DNA from: Octopus vulgaris
Taxonomy: Eukaryota
NCBI GenBank assembly: GCA_951406725.2
Contig: OX597815.1
Span: 58,280,001 to 58,344,000, forward strand
Length of the DNA stretch: 64,000 nucleotides
Direction: 5' to 3'
Position 1 is the stretch's first letter; each line of letters begins with the position of its first letter. A program made the translations under genes and the position numbers. This document shows positions 13,601 to 27,516 of the stretch, piece after piece. A model generated the notes under the pieces. It was not told where the DNA came from and searched no databases. It saw only the letters and a program-made list of their open reading frames with translations.

Positions 13601-14129
13601 CCCTCATTACTGCCTCACAATCAGTTGGTTTGTTTACTTCCCCGTAATTTAATGGTTTGGCACAAGAGCCCAATAGATTAACCTGTTTGAATAAAACCTT
13701 TCAAAACTGTCTATCTCACTTTGACGGCTGAAACAAGTAAAAGAGTATAAGTACACACACAAAGGTAGACAGAGCTGCCAACTTTATCCATATGCATACA
13801 TTGTTCTTATAATTGGAATCATTAAAAAACATTAAAAAAACCATGTGTGTAATTATGAATTGGATATCTCTATTTCCAAGAATGTAACAATTTTGACAAT
13901 AGTCCAATAGTGGTTAAAGAAATGAATTTGTATCTAGACGTAGTAAGAATTTGGAAATTGTTTTTCTTAGTTATTTTTAGGAAGATATTGGATGCAGCTG
14001 CAGTCTTTCCACATAAATGCATATTTGCTTGAAAATATTTTCAAATATTTTCTTTCTTTTCTTTTTATTAAAAATACTTCTTCTATAGTTTTAAGAGTGT
14101 AATGCAAAGAAAAAGAAAAGTCGAAAATA

Positions 14130-14846
14130 AAGTCTTGGTCAAAAAGGAGAAAATCCAACTTATATGGGCGTTTACAGCCATTTTTAATAGTCCATTAAAA
14201 TTTCATTGAAATGGTATCATGTTCCAAAATCTCAGGATTTATTTAGTACTATACCTACTATAAATATGCCAAAATTCAAGATCCTGTGGCTTGTACCTTT
14301 GGATTTCAACTGTGTCTGAAAACACTGCATAATTGGTTTTACATAAACATTTTAAAAATCACCACAATAAAAAGTTTCGTTTTCAAGAACCTGAAAAAAA
14401 TAGACAACTGCTGTACCATAGACACTATTAATTTGCGATATTTGAAGCGCAGTATGACAAGCCATATCAAGAAAATATACAAGGCGTACTGTCATAGTCT
14501 CCTCATGTGTGTTGTCTTATATGTGTGAAAACATTGAGTGTCTGGTATGCAGGAAAAAAATATTCCTCAAAATTTCACAAATGAAGTATCAAAGTTTTTC
14601 TTTTTTTATATATTGTCCACCTAAATAAACAGTCTATCTCAATTTTAAAAATTTTCCTTTGATTTTAAAGCAATACATCTTGTAAAAAATCAAAGATAGT
14701 TAAGTTATATGTATTTTTTCAATGTCCGAGTAAACTCGCTTAAATCCAAATGAGTAAAAGTACATTTTAATTTCTATAAAGGAAATAAAAAAATATGCTC
14801 CGAAATGAAACGCCATGTCAAAATAATTGATCCATTAAAGGGTTAA
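14130..14846. mobile_element. non-autonomous DNA transposon fragment ending AAAGGG-TTAA (piggyBac-like end); inverted homologue at ~55600-55830
   Basis: 14150-14335 is reverse-complement similar to 55600-55820; terminal ...taaagggTTAA at 14837-14846. Confidence 0.5.
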
Positions 14847-15949
14847 GGACATAGCAGGAACTTTTAAATTTATACTTTCTTTGTTAAATTTCCAACTACT
14901 TTACAGAATGTACTAGGTGCATTTTCCCATAACACTAGAGATAATCATGCTCACCTATCATTCTAAATATCCACTACAGTAGCAGTAAATGTGAAGAGTA
15001 TCTATTTATATTATATATAAACACACCATACAGACATGCATATATATAGATATTTATGTATATTACATATATGTTACAAAGTTTGTGTTCAAGATTTGAA
15101 TACTAGTAGAGTTTTGCATTTTGTAATTCCAAAGGCTTTGTTGATTGGGATACATGTCACGTAGGCTTGACCAAGAAAGGCTAATTTCAAGGAAAACTAG
15201 TACCTGGCATTTCATACTAAGAAATGTTATAGAAATTGGCGATAAATGAAAAATAAATGGAAACAGATAGTCCCACAGGAAAACTATAACTTATGATAGT
15301 GTACATGTCATCATTTAACGTCTGCTGTCCATGCTGGTTTGACCAGGGCTGGCAAGCTGGACCAGACTTCAGTCTAATTTGGCATGGTTTCTATGGCTGG
15401 ATGCCCTTCTTAACTCCCAACAATCTGAGAGTGTAATGGGTGCGTTTAAATACCACCAGCATGGATGACATTTGTGTGACACCAACACACATAGATGCAT
15501 ATATATGTGTGTGTGTGTGTGTGTGTATAATCCTCAGTTAACGTCCATTTTCAATGCTTTTGCACTGTTGACAAAGCTGAAGCATCTCTCTCTCTCTCTC
15601 TTTATGTGTATATATATACCTAACACGAGATTTAAGAACAAGATGGCTGGGAGAAAGTTGGGAGAAATGCAATGCATTATTTGATTGCAACCAATGTAAG
15701 CCATATAAAGATGTAGGAATAGTGGCAGTCATCTGAATTTGACCAAATTGTTCTTTCAAGATTCTGAAGTAAGTATTCCTCTGTTGGAAACTCTGATATT
15801 GGGCAGGTAAGCACTAACAAGCCTAAGGTTGGTGTTACAAACCATTTACTTCCACCAGCCTTATCAACCCCCTGTAACAATATATCTGAAGAGAAGAATG
15901 CTAGGAGCCAGATAAGTAATGTTAGTATTAGTAATCGGGATATGGGCGG

Positions 15950-16510
15950 TTCTGATAAATCCTGTAATTGTAAAAACCCTAGGTTATGTCTTTTTTGACA
16001 GATTCTGTCTGACTACTAATGCTATATATTATTAAAGAGGAGGGTAATTTGGATAGGTTTTTCCTAGGCAGTACTGTTAATTATAAGGTGAGATATAGGG
16101 CCCACATGAATTTGTTTTTGAACGAAAAATATTGTAATAAAAAGTTACTTTCTTGGAAGGTCTGTTATCTCTGTTATTTTAGAGTTAATATTAACAAGTC
16201 TAAGTTTTATATAAGGGAATCTCTTGCCATCCTTAGGTCCTTTGGGCTTAAAACATTAAATAAATTTAGTGGTGATCCCTTTTTGCAACCATAAGTTTTC
16301 AACTTTTCTGAAAGTATATAGAAGTAAAACTAGATGTGCTAAATAGCATTTAGTTTTACTGGGTTTTGAAACCAGATAGTAAAATGTCCTATGATTAGCA
16401 GCCTCCAGTACGTTTAGCAATGAAATAAAATCATTATTTATGGTCCTGCGATAGATTATTATCTTTAAATTAGGTATGCAGCCATTTTGTGACTTCCATG
16501 AATGACCAAT
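15950..16510 (+). mobile_element. degenerate Penelope-like GIY-YIG endonuclease region
   Basis: Translates (with frameshifts) as SCNCKNPRLC...FCLTTNAIY...FFLGSTVNYKVRYRAHMNLF...LSWKV, a PLE-type CNC-C-CL/YIG pattern. The element appears to resume at 18045. Confidence 0.6.
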
Positions 16511-16511
16511 T

Positions 16512-18042
16512 TGTCTCGTACAAAGTGTTGCTTGCTTTGTTGAAGGCTACATTTATACTGAACTGTTAAGATTGTTGATTTGTTGCTGTTTTTCAAAACA
16601 CACAGCTTGTGTTTTTTGATCATGTTTTCTGTTTTGGATGAAAATAGTTATGCCTAATATAGGTGAGGAAGGACAAACAGGGAGCTACACATCATTAGCG
16701 GGAAAACAGAATATGAATATGACTGTACCCCAGTTAGATATGAGAGAAGATAAATTGTATGAATGCATGCAAATTGCAGAAAAGGAAGGAGCGAAAGTAA
16801 AATTAACCCCTATGGAGGATTTAATTGCAGATACCGAAAGAAAAACAATAATCTACAGGACCCAGAAAAATGATAGAAATGGCTCCAGAAGAGGCCATTG
16901 AGAAGTGTTTGGATTCGAGAGGACATTTCCTATGGTAGAGTGGAGGGAAGATTTGCCTCCATAGAGGTGGCAGTAAAGCATTCCACTGTACCAGTAAGAA
17001 CTGAAGAATGGCTGCTCCTGCCAACCTACCTGAGGAAAAGAGTTTCTAGAGTGAGGATTGGCAGGATTCCACCAGAAATTAGAGAAGCGTGGATAGCGGC
17101 AGCCAATACTCCCAGGAAGACCTATTGATTCTGCAGGCAAGCCAGATACAGCAACTGCACTAGAGGGGTTACAGCCTGGAATTAATTGTCCAGGTAACCC
17201 AAGCAGACTTAATCAAGATCCCAGAAGTTATAGAGCTATCCGATGAAAAAAAACTAATTGTAACAGTAGAAGGGAGACCTCCCGCTTGCAGAAGGGGCAC
17301 ATCAAAAAGAAGTGCCCCCAAAATGAAACAGGAAAAAGCAGTGGAGATCCTGTCTGAGCCCAAAACAAAGTGAAGGCACCGAAAGGAAACCAAGATGCAA
17401 TTGAGATGAAACAAACAGACGCCGAAAGGAGAGAGAAAGAAATAATTCATCACCAAAATGCACGCAAAAAAAAGAGTCACACACACCAAATAGAAAAAAA
17501 TACAAACTACTACAGAGAACAACATACACACACCACTACTAACATCCCCCGAAAAAACACCACAGTCTCCTATCAAGCAGACACCTACAGACACAAACTC
17601 TGATAATGGAAACTGCCTATTTAATGACTTACAAAAAAAAAAGCTATCAATAAATTTAAAATCATCACTAGGGTTAGGCTTTCTAATTTCCACCCATCTG
17701 AAACAAAATGCATTGCGATAGATATACCAAGATTCGAAACATTACAAAAATACTACAAAAGTGATGTACATCTAGTAGGAGAGGTGATAACATATGAGGA
17801 TTTAAGTCCTTATTTTGTAGATTAAGTAAAATCTGTTTCGATAATATAACAAATAATGAACTGAAATAAACAGTAAAAATACAATTGCTTGAGGGTGGGG
17901 CTCAGGTAAGGACGTCCATCCTCATTTTGTACATGTATTCATTTTCAATCATCATTTTTGTTTTATGTCCCCATATGTACTGTCTCTGTCTGTCCTTGTA
18001 CCATCCCCTCTGTGTTATTGGCCTTGTGCCCAATAAAGAATT
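16512..18042 (+). mobile_element. ORF1-only (HAL1-like) non-LTR element with degenerate TSD
   Basis: Fragmented gag/ORF1-like frames 16638-17370 (VRIGRIPPEI, LIVTVEGRPPAC); no APE/RT; pyrimidine-rich 3' end with AATAAA at 18032; flanks ccatgaatgaccaatt and ccgtgaacgactaatt. Confidence 0.55.
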
Positions 18043-18614
18043 ACCCGTGAACGACTAATTGTTGAGATTGCTGTTCGTCCCGATGAGGGGATCACTGCCA
18101 AGATTCACCTTACTGGCAGCAGTGAACTCCTGAAATGGCCATAGATATATTTGACTTGATTTTGTGGAACTCTCTTATGCTTCTGGAGTCCAACCTACCA
18201 TGGTTTTTATGAACTTTGACATATTTTTGAAGGGAGAAAAAATTTTTGTAGTCGATTTAGTCACATGACACACTTTAGATATTTTAGTTGATTCTTGATG
18301 AGCCGTTCTATATAAGCCAATTCTTGATAAGCCGTTCTATATATTTGTGTTTTTATTTGCATATATATATTTTTTACCTTCTGTGTTTTTTTATATATGT
18401 ATTCTTTTTTATATGTTGAAGGTCATGGTAATACTTATATATGATCAAATGTATGGAAGCATGGTGTTATATAAAGTCATTGATTTGAATTTGATGTTTG
18501 TTCCCTAATCAATGTTTGTTATCTGTCTCAGTTTCATTTGAGCACTTCTTTTTTGCAGTCTTATAAACCCTTTTATCTCCATAAAAAGAGGCAAAAAGTA
18601 TTTCTTGCCGTGTG

Positions 18615-18656
<42 letters not shown>

Positions 18657-18659
18657 TCT

Positions 18660-19480
18660 AGCTTTTAGGACAGGAAGGGAAAGTTTTGAAGATGACCCAA
18701 GGTCTGGATGCCTCTGTAACTGCCACCATTGAGGAAAACATTGATTGTCTTCACCACATAGTAACTATAAATCAAATAGCCAATACTACAAGCATATCTC
18801 ATAAGGAAGTTGAGAATATTCTGCATAATGAACTTGGCATGACAAACGTTTCTGCCCAGAAGGTGCCACATCTTCTAACAGATGATCACATTATGGGAAA
18901 ATTTAACTTCATTTCAGGCAGATCCAGTTAGTTTCCTTGAACATTTTCTAACCCAGGATGAGTGTTGGCTTCATCACTTTGAACCAGAGGCAAAGAGATA
19001 ATCCATGCAATGGAAACACCTCTCCTCACCTGCTCCAAAGAAGGCCAAAGTCATTTCATATTCTAGAAAGTTGGTGGCCTCAGTTTTTTTCGGATGTAAA
19101 AGGCATTGTGTTTATTGACTATCTTCAATATGCTGACTTGCTGAGGTAGTTACAAAAGGCTAACAAGACCAAATGTCCAGGAAAACTGACGAAAGAGACC
19201 TTGTTTTATCAATGCAAACACATGTCCTTTGTTTCAATGGCTGCTATGTATGACTGTAGTCTTGAACTGGTTTGTTTCCCAACAGGAAAAATCTTGACTG
19301 GGAACCAGTATTGCAGTGATAATGATGATGATGCTGTTTTTGACCAACAGGATGAAAACTTCTTCACCAACAGGATCCAAGCACTGTAACACTTATGGAA
19401 GAAGTGTGTGGGCTGCAAGGATGACTATGTTGAAAAATAAACCTCATTAGTCCATCCCATGAGAGTACCTTGGTCAGCCA
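18660..19480 (+). mobile_element. degenerate mariner transposase fragment
   Basis: ILHNELGMTNVSAQKVPHLLT (WVPHxL-like), TQDECWLHHFEPE, FFSDVKGIVFIDYL; same family as 58941-60103. Confidence 0.8.
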
Positions 19481-20370
19481 TTAAGAAGGCTATGAAATAA
19501 ATATCCATTGCAGCACTAAATGCTATCTGCATCATAATTCCAACTTGTAATTACAGCATTGAATATCCAATTATGTCACTTTTAAACTGATAATGCACTT
19601 TTTACATTCTTATACAAGAACTTCATTATAATTATTCCATGCAGTCATGGGTCAAAAGAGTCACTTTTTTGGGTCAGGGACCACATCTCATATGTTCCAT
19701 TCTAATAGGGTTTCTATAGCTGGATGCCCTTCCAAATACCAACCACTTTACAGAATGTAATGGATGCATTTTACTATAGCACCAGAACATATTAAATGTT
19801 GTGGGGAGATAAGATGATGAAGCAATAGAAATGGGAGATGGTAGATGAAGAGTGAGATGGCATTGAATAAGGGCAGTTCCAATAACATCTCTCATTAAAA
19901 AGGTAGCCTGATGTGAAAATAGAGAGAAAAAGGCTTAAGGTGGCAGGAATTGAATACAGACAAATCCAGTGTCATCCTTCATTATACAGGTAACACACCA
20001 CATACCTAAACCAGCACAGTCTTTCTATTGTACACCACATTAAATTCATCTAATATTCAGTTGTTCTGTTCCACTATTTATGCACATCATGGAGTATATT
20101 CACATAATTTCTTTCTAGCCTTCACAAAGCCACACATTGCTAATATGCTGAATCTTACTTCACACAATCAAACAATCTACAGATAGAAACCTTTTGTTAC
20201 CAACTCAAGAGAACAGCTTCTTAATCATCTCTAGTGTTTTTATTTTGTCTTCTATGCTATTAACTACTTCTAGTGATCCTTCCAAGCATTTGAGGAATTT
20301 ATTTCGTGTGCTCTTTTTCAGGTCAATAAATTCTGTTATAACAAGAAAGTTACAGCCTCTACAGGCTTAA

Positions 20371-21447
20371 CTCTTTCGTTACTATATTTCTGACCAAAAT
20401 ACACCCCTTATGTGTTTCAATTAATTTCTAACATAATCATAAATTTAGTCTGGTTTCATTAAACAACTATAACTTTTTTATTTATCAATATATTAAAATG
20501 ATTTTTGGAAGATAATTTAATGAAATGTTCTCAACCAATTCTATACTATAATTTTTGTCACAAAGTGACTCTAATTGCAGGTAGATACAGGTAAATTCAA
20601 CAAAATATAAAATTATTAAAATTTTGTTCAAACATCGCTATAGAAAATGGGTTATTAGCTAATATTCAATTGGGTATACAACAAAATTTTACGATAGAAT
20701 TTGTTATTCTGGGTAACTTTCTGATACCCATAATAATATTTATGGCAAAATAGTCTTAATTTCATTTAAGGTTATGGGAAACCACTAACTATTCTTTCTT
20801 TCGTTTTGTTTACATTTAGCATAACGGTTCGTTTCCATTGTAATGATTTCAATTAGGCTCATTCGAAAAAGTAAAAAGAAATAGTCTAAAGCTTTACTCT
20901 TCTGGGAAAGTCTGTGGCTTGGTCCAGTTTCTTCAGAAAAATCACCGAAAGAAACAGTTTTTAAATTTTCACTCCATTCAGGTGCCAATTCATTTTCTTT
21001 ATCGCTGTTGGAGCTCTCGGATTCACTGTTTTCACTTTCGGAAAATGAAACATCAGATTCATTATCAAATACCACATGCTTTTTTTTTTTCAGTCATAGA
21101 GTTAGATTTATGAAGGTCTTCAGTAGAAAATCCTTCGAATTCTGACTCGCTGCTTAATATAATGAAATTCGTATCCATTTTTTGTCAGAATTACAAATTT
21201 TGAAAACACAATAGGAACAAATTTCGGAAAAAAATCTCCCAAAATTCACGGAATTAAAATTACACTTCGATTTTTGTACAAAACTGTAGTTGAACTCTTT
21301 ACGAAGTATAATACGTATTTTCACGAATGTACTAAAGAGATTTGCTCTGATATTCTCATTTAAATATGAATAGGTAAATTCAGGCGGCTTTGGGTGGGTT
21401 GGTCACATTAACCAAAATTTTTTTCGGGCGGTTTGGTAACGAAAGGG
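20371..21447 (-). mobile_element. piggyBac internal-deletion derivative with TIRs and TTAA TSDs
   Basis: TTAA(20367-70)-ctctttcgttac...gtaacgaaaggg-TTAA(21448-51). Minus-strand acidic N-terminus (SESEFEGF) and ALDYFFLLF...METNRYA typical of PGBD transposases. Confidence 0.88.
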
Positions 21448-22374
21448 TTAAACAGCTAAGTGAATAAGTATTGATGTGAGTTCAAACCACTACAGGCATG
21501 TCATCGTCTGTGTAAAAAGCATTTAATTCTACAAGCCCAATTTACAAATGACTTCAGTAGATTCAGCTGTGTGATTTAACACAAAAGTATCTAAAGTCAA
21601 GCATATTTTTATGGGCAGAGATTTTTATCCTTTGTATACTTAGATAAAATATTTAGCTATATTGGATTCAACATGGTATCAGGATGAATAAATTCAATTT
21701 TGAATCAGAAGTCCTAATTACCATAAAAGTATAAAGCAAAAAAATTTTCCAAAAGATAAATGAAAAAGCGAGTGTATTTTATCAATCATGTTAGAAGCTA
21801 AAGGCTAATTGCCCTTGCTTAAAGAAACTTGTTATCGTTCTCATCCACACATTTATCAATTAGCCTCAGGGACATTTATTAATTTGTCAGTCAGGTTGCT
21901 GTTGCTTTAAAATTACAGTAAGAAATTGATGGGAGAAATGATAAAATAAAGTATTAGTGTAAGCAATAAATTACACCAAATCTGAAGTAATTAATTTGTT
22001 GCTGAAGTAATTAATTTCTCACAAATCTCTATCCTATTTTTCAAAACCTATTGCAGGTGAAGAACTGCAAGATAGTTTTTAATCAACATAATGTTTTTCT
22101 TCACACCATGCTGATAAAACAATATATACATGTATGATAGGCTTCCACATGATTTCCTTTCACCAGATTCCATTCAGGAGTCACTGGTCAAGCTAAAGCT
22201 TACAGCAGAAGACAGTCAAGGTGCTTAAGTGGAAGTGAACATGGAAACTTATAGTTGCAAAGTAAACATCTTAAGCAGATGACCATGCAGGTATTTACAA
22301 ATATATTTAATGTTCATTTAAACTGAATGTCTAAAAAAGAATGAAAGAAGAAACTCAAAACATTTGCAATTCAA

Positions 22375-23353
22375 ATTAAAACATAGCAAGAATTACTTTT
22401 TTATTACTTTATTTATACATATTTTTATTTAATTTTAGCAAATCATTTTTTAAATCTTAACTCCATTTTTCATATATTCCTGACAGATTTAAATAAAATC
22501 AGTTCTCTGAGATAGAAGTAAAGAACTAGTGTGAACTTACCACTAAGCCAGATATCCCACGAGAAAGGGCATGGAATGAGGGAAGAACGCCACCCCCCTC
22601 CCGAAATTTCTGGTATTATTAACGAACTGGATATTTTCATTCTAAGCTGAAACCTGAAAACAGTAAACCAATCCACACTAGTATGAAGGTTGGGGGAATG
22701 GGTTAAATTACATTTCTTAATTTTTACAATTATCAAAAGCAAATAATTAGGAGTTTGTAAGCAAGCTGAAGAAATTTTATACCCCTCCTTTTTGGGAAGT
22801 TATTTCAATTTCATTCTCTTGGTTATTATTTTTTTCTTTTGCCTTTTCCATTTTGATTCATTATGTTTTTTAGTGTCCCCCGCCAAAAAAAAACCAAAAG
22901 CCACCAAAAGAAATGTAGTCTTCTTTCAAAATATTTATCAAAAACCAAAAGCTCAGACAGCATAATCCAACAATGCAAATCTACATTTCACATGCCTTAT
23001 AAGCTTGTCATTTGTATTGCAAAGAAGACAAAAAAAAAAAAAAAGAGAGAGGGGTAACTGAATTACTTTAAGCTATGGTGGAAAGGAGTGGTATATGTTT
23101 GATCATCAAAAACTATATATAGCACCCCCCCCCCAAAAAAAAAACAAAACTAAAGAATTCTAAGCTGGGAAGATAAGTTGAAGCATACAGATAAGCTTAT
23201 GAAAAGGTGACACATTGAAGAAAATTGCCTTAATTATCAATTAATATTTCATACACATTTATCTATAGTTTTAGAGATAATGAGTTAGAAGGTAGGGAAA
23301 ACAATTTCTCAGCATATTTCAAAAAGGAGAGACAAAAAACAAAACGAAAAAGG

Positions 23354-23402
<49 letters not shown>

Positions 23403-24817
23403 GAAAAAGAAATGAAAGATATATGCATCAAAGAATAGGATCAAATGCCAATAATGTAAAAGGAAATTCTCTTCAAATGAATATACAAAATTATATTTTA
23501 AATGGGATGTTTTTATTTCTGAAAATTCATCTATGTGAATTTTTTTATTTTTTTATTTCTTTCTATTGATTTTCTGTAAACATACACAGTGAGGAAATGA
23601 AATTTATCCAAACAAAACAACCAGAGCACAAAGTTGATAAAGAATTGAACAGTTGGTAATTATTGGGTGAAGAATTGAAGTAATCTTAATACACTATTCT
23701 GAGTGCAAGTTTACTTTTAAATAAAAAAAAACAAAACTAAGTTTCAACTATCTTAATTTTTATTTAATAACATAAAAACAAGGAACTGGTACTTCCTTTA
23801 GTTTTGAATCAGAAAAATTGCCAAGATCTCATGTTTGTAAATATTATCCAATGGACAAAAATCACCAGAATTTAAGGTAGCAATTTAATCTTGGCAAAGT
23901 ATATCTAGATATATATATATAAAAAAGCTCAATATCTGAATAGTTGAATAAAAAGTTAATACTTTAAGCTGCTGCTTTTAAAAATAAAGTTGCATACCTA
24001 GCTTAGTGTATTTCACACAAGTGGAAAACATATTACATTAGAATTTAATAATACCAAGGAGAACATGAAATGTTCTTTCAACAAAGAGCATTTCTGGAAA
24101 CAGACAATGGCATTGTTAAACTTAAAAATCCACACATTTTATATGTATGTATTTTTACACACACACACACACACACACACAAAATACAAGAATGTTTTCC
24201 TTTCTTCAGCAACCACATTTGCATAGATACCGCCATCATTGAACACTGAATATACTCAAATGATTTAATTTCTGAAGTGTTCAATCAATCTTAATTGACT
24301 TTATTTACTTTTTAAATTTTGTATTTCCATTATATGTAAGCTACTACACTGAGGAAATAATCTTGAACAAAATCTTTAGAAACTTCATAAAATATATAAC
24401 ATTTTTGCAGTATAGATATTTATAACATGAGTTTGAAAAGTGATGAGATCTTTCTAAAAAATCACATTACAATCCAGGTATGCAATCCTCCTAAGAGAAC
24501 TATACTACAGTTCAACTGTAATCTTCTCAAGAAAATCACATTACAGTTTAGCTTTGCAGCTCTCTTAAGGAGATATTTCTGTAATTATCTAGTCTTGTAA
24601 GTTGATAGTCTTGTAAGTTCAATTGTGTAACCCACCCAAGAAAATAATACTAGAACCCAACCACGTGCCTGGCCCTGAAGTTAACACTAACCCAGCTATG
24701 TAGCCCTTCTGTAAAGCTCACAAATACAATTGAACCATGCAGCCTAAATAGATAATTATATAAATCAGCAATAAAATAATAAAAACAGCATTGTACATTA
24801 ATAAAAGTGTATATATA

Positions 24818-24875
<58 letters not shown>

Positions 24876-27019
24876 CACACACACACATTCTTACAATTGT
24901 TACTATCTCCCAAATATCTTTCTTTTTTGTTTTATCATCTCAGAAGATTTTGAGTCATGTTTTTGTAAATTTAGCAAACACAATGAACAAAAGCAACTCA
25001 AAAATAATAGAAAGTTGTAAAGAGAGGATCTGCATAACAGAATCTTTTTTTTAGAAAACCTACACTGAGAAATAGAAATTGCAAAAATCTATTAATGAGA
25101 GGGAGAGCAAAGTATTACACACATATGCATCCTGACACTTACATTTCAATAGTACAACTATTTTTTTAAAGTAATCTTTTACAGAATTGTAAAATATAAT
25201 TGTAGTGTCAAACTAATTGCACATATAATTGTAGTGTCAAACTAATATCAAACAAATAATTATAGCTGAACATGAACTAAGGAAGTTGGTCCTTTGTGTA
25301 TGTGTGTGTGTGTGTGTGTGTGCATGTGTGTGTTGGAAGAGACATACTTAGAAATAATGAAAGTATACAAAGTAACAAAAAAAAAAAAGTTGGAAACACA
25401 ATCAGAAAGACATAGTATAGAAAATAGAAAAATAGATGGGTAAATAATGCTGGCTTTCTTTTCCAGCTAATTTAACATATCAGTGTGTTCATTCAAATAA
25501 GAAGGAAGAGGAGGAAACACTCAGGTTTCCTTTTACCTTTTGTTTCACTCAAAGATCTGTAAAAATGAAATATTTTTCATGATTGTTTTATTTTTATACC
25601 TTTGTTTATCACAGATTTTCACTGAAACCAGACTACAACTGAGAGTTGCACATAAAAGACAACCAGAGCTGTTAATTTCTATGGATAAATCCATTAAGTA
25701 CAACAGGCTTAGATGATGTTAATGAAATAATTCCATGTTGTTCAGAACAAAGTGAAATCATGCATTCATATATGTGTGAGTGTATATATAACACATTCAC
25801 ATGTATACATATATGCTTGTGTGTGTAATTTTAGAGTAATAAATGTGAAATGCTTCAATGACATTATAAGAGACAGGAGATAGTGGCTAAGAATAAGACA
25901 GATTTTTTTCCCTTTTTCCCATGCATGCTTAGATCATGTGAGCAACACACCAAGAGGTCACTGTGGAAGAGCACTTACAAAGTGAGAGTTTCAATGAAAT
26001 TTTGTAGTTACAAGAATGTCAGAAATATTGCAGTTGGTATACTGAAGGCAGTTTGATTAAGGACCATTTAGGGTGTAAATATTTTATAAAACAATTCATA
26101 AAGTACATATGTATATACTAGATCTTGGAGTAGGGGGTAATTATAACTGATGAAAATTAAATTAGAAGTATATAGGAATTATTTGAAATAAAAAGTTAAT
26201 TGCTAAAAATTTCAAAATTTACAAGATCAGGATTAACTTAGCATATATAATTTGAGAAGACAGTTTTAAAATATTTTGGAGTTAAAATGTAAAATTATTT
26301 TATCATATATAGATGTGGGTAACTAAAAGATTTGTTACTGTTTTTCCTGAAATTATTCTCTTTTTAAGCATCACCCTTACTTCCTTTTTTACAGTATTAT
26401 GTATATGATTTTCTGAAATATATTAATATATTTGTTTATTTTTTTAAATATTAAATGTGACTGGGACTAGAGAAAAAAATCTTAAGAAATTAAAACAATT
26501 CCAAACAGCATAAATTTTAGTTGCACTATTCACCACTGATCAGTGCAGCCACTGATTCAAAACTAGTCAACAGACAACAAGGATAGTTGTCTGTGCAACC
26601 ATTAACAAATTTGCAGGATTTTAAACTTTTTTTACATCAACTGTTTAGGTATTTAAAACAAAAGAAGAAAAAGAAACTCTGCAGTTATTGTCTCATGTCA
26701 TACAAAGTACATGCTAAAAACAATGCACTTAAGTATAATCTTATTACTAAAGAGCTAATTAACTTTAGCTGTCCCCACTATTTTGCCATTCAGCAGGTAA
26801 TGATTCTTTCTTTTTGTTTATTTTTATGAATTGTAAGATATTTTTGTTTGATGCTTATTTCAATGCTCTTATGAAATGGATGATTTAGTTGCACTGATGG
26901 AATCTAACCGGTTCATCATCTGATATCTAATGGTAAGACAGCTGAAATGTATTGCTGCATTCCATGTGAGAGCAAAATACTGTCCCATTGATCAACTTAC
27001 AACTGAACCATAGTGACTA
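22375..27019 (-). other. probable long 3'UTR of the FNBP1L-family gene
   Basis: ~4.6 kb U-rich (minus strand) segment with no recognisable interspersed TEs. It ends near three minus-strand AATAAA hexamers (plus TTTATT at 22400, 22408, 22424). The end point is inferred. Confidence 0.5.
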
Positions 27020-27174
27020 TTAAAGTCCATACAATGTACACTGAATATAAGAGCTAGGGACAAATCCATCTGAGCCATTTTTCTTGCGAACACGAGTCCA
27101 GCCATCACCTTGATCTTGTTCAAGAACAAACATCTGTTCATTTTCTTCCATTGATATTGAGCCTTCATTCATTG
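27020..27174 (-). CDS. FNBP1L: FNBP1L-family gene, last coding exon, SH3 domain and stop
   Basis: ttatctttccag|CA ATG AAT...GGA CTT TAA (followed by TAG). (A)MNEGSISMEENEQMFVLEQDQGDGWTRVRKKNGSDGFVPSSYIQCTLYGL*; GDGWTRVR and GxVPxSY are CIP4/FBP17-type SH3 motifs. Confidence 0.94.
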
Positions 27175-27376
27175 CTGGAAAGATAAAAAACATTCTTGCA
27201 AGGCATAAATCAAAATGAAGCCATCTTAATTGAGTTAAAAGTAATTAGAGCAATTTTTAAGCTAATATTTCCTGATTTCTTCTATTTATTTTACACACAT
27301 TTGCATAAATTGATATTTCCAATTCTTTTATCACTAATAAAACTGTTGTTGAAAGAAATCTAAGTATATTGATTAC

Positions 27377-27516
27377 CTTCAAACTGGTAAAGAGCACGAC
27401 AAGATCCAATGACCGGAAACTCATCAAATTCCTCTTCAGTTGATTCTTGGTCAGCATAATCAATTTCTCCCCCTCCATCAACTTCCTCACCACCATCTTC
27501 TCCACCAGCTATAGGT
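27377..27516 (-). CDS. FNBP1L: FNBP1L-family gene, acidic linker and start of SH3 domain
   Basis: tcttatttttcag|A CCT ATA GCT...TTT GAA G|gtaatc, 140 nt, phase 2 to 1. PIAGGEDGGEEVDGGGEIDYADQESTEEEFDEFPVIGSCRALYQFE (acidic patch then the SH3 ALYxF motif). Confidence 0.92.

Noticed and set aside
27257-27505. ORF-track 82-aa ORF MEKMVVRK...
   Set aside because: Wrong frame; the real exon is read in another frame (PIAGGEDG...ALYQFE).
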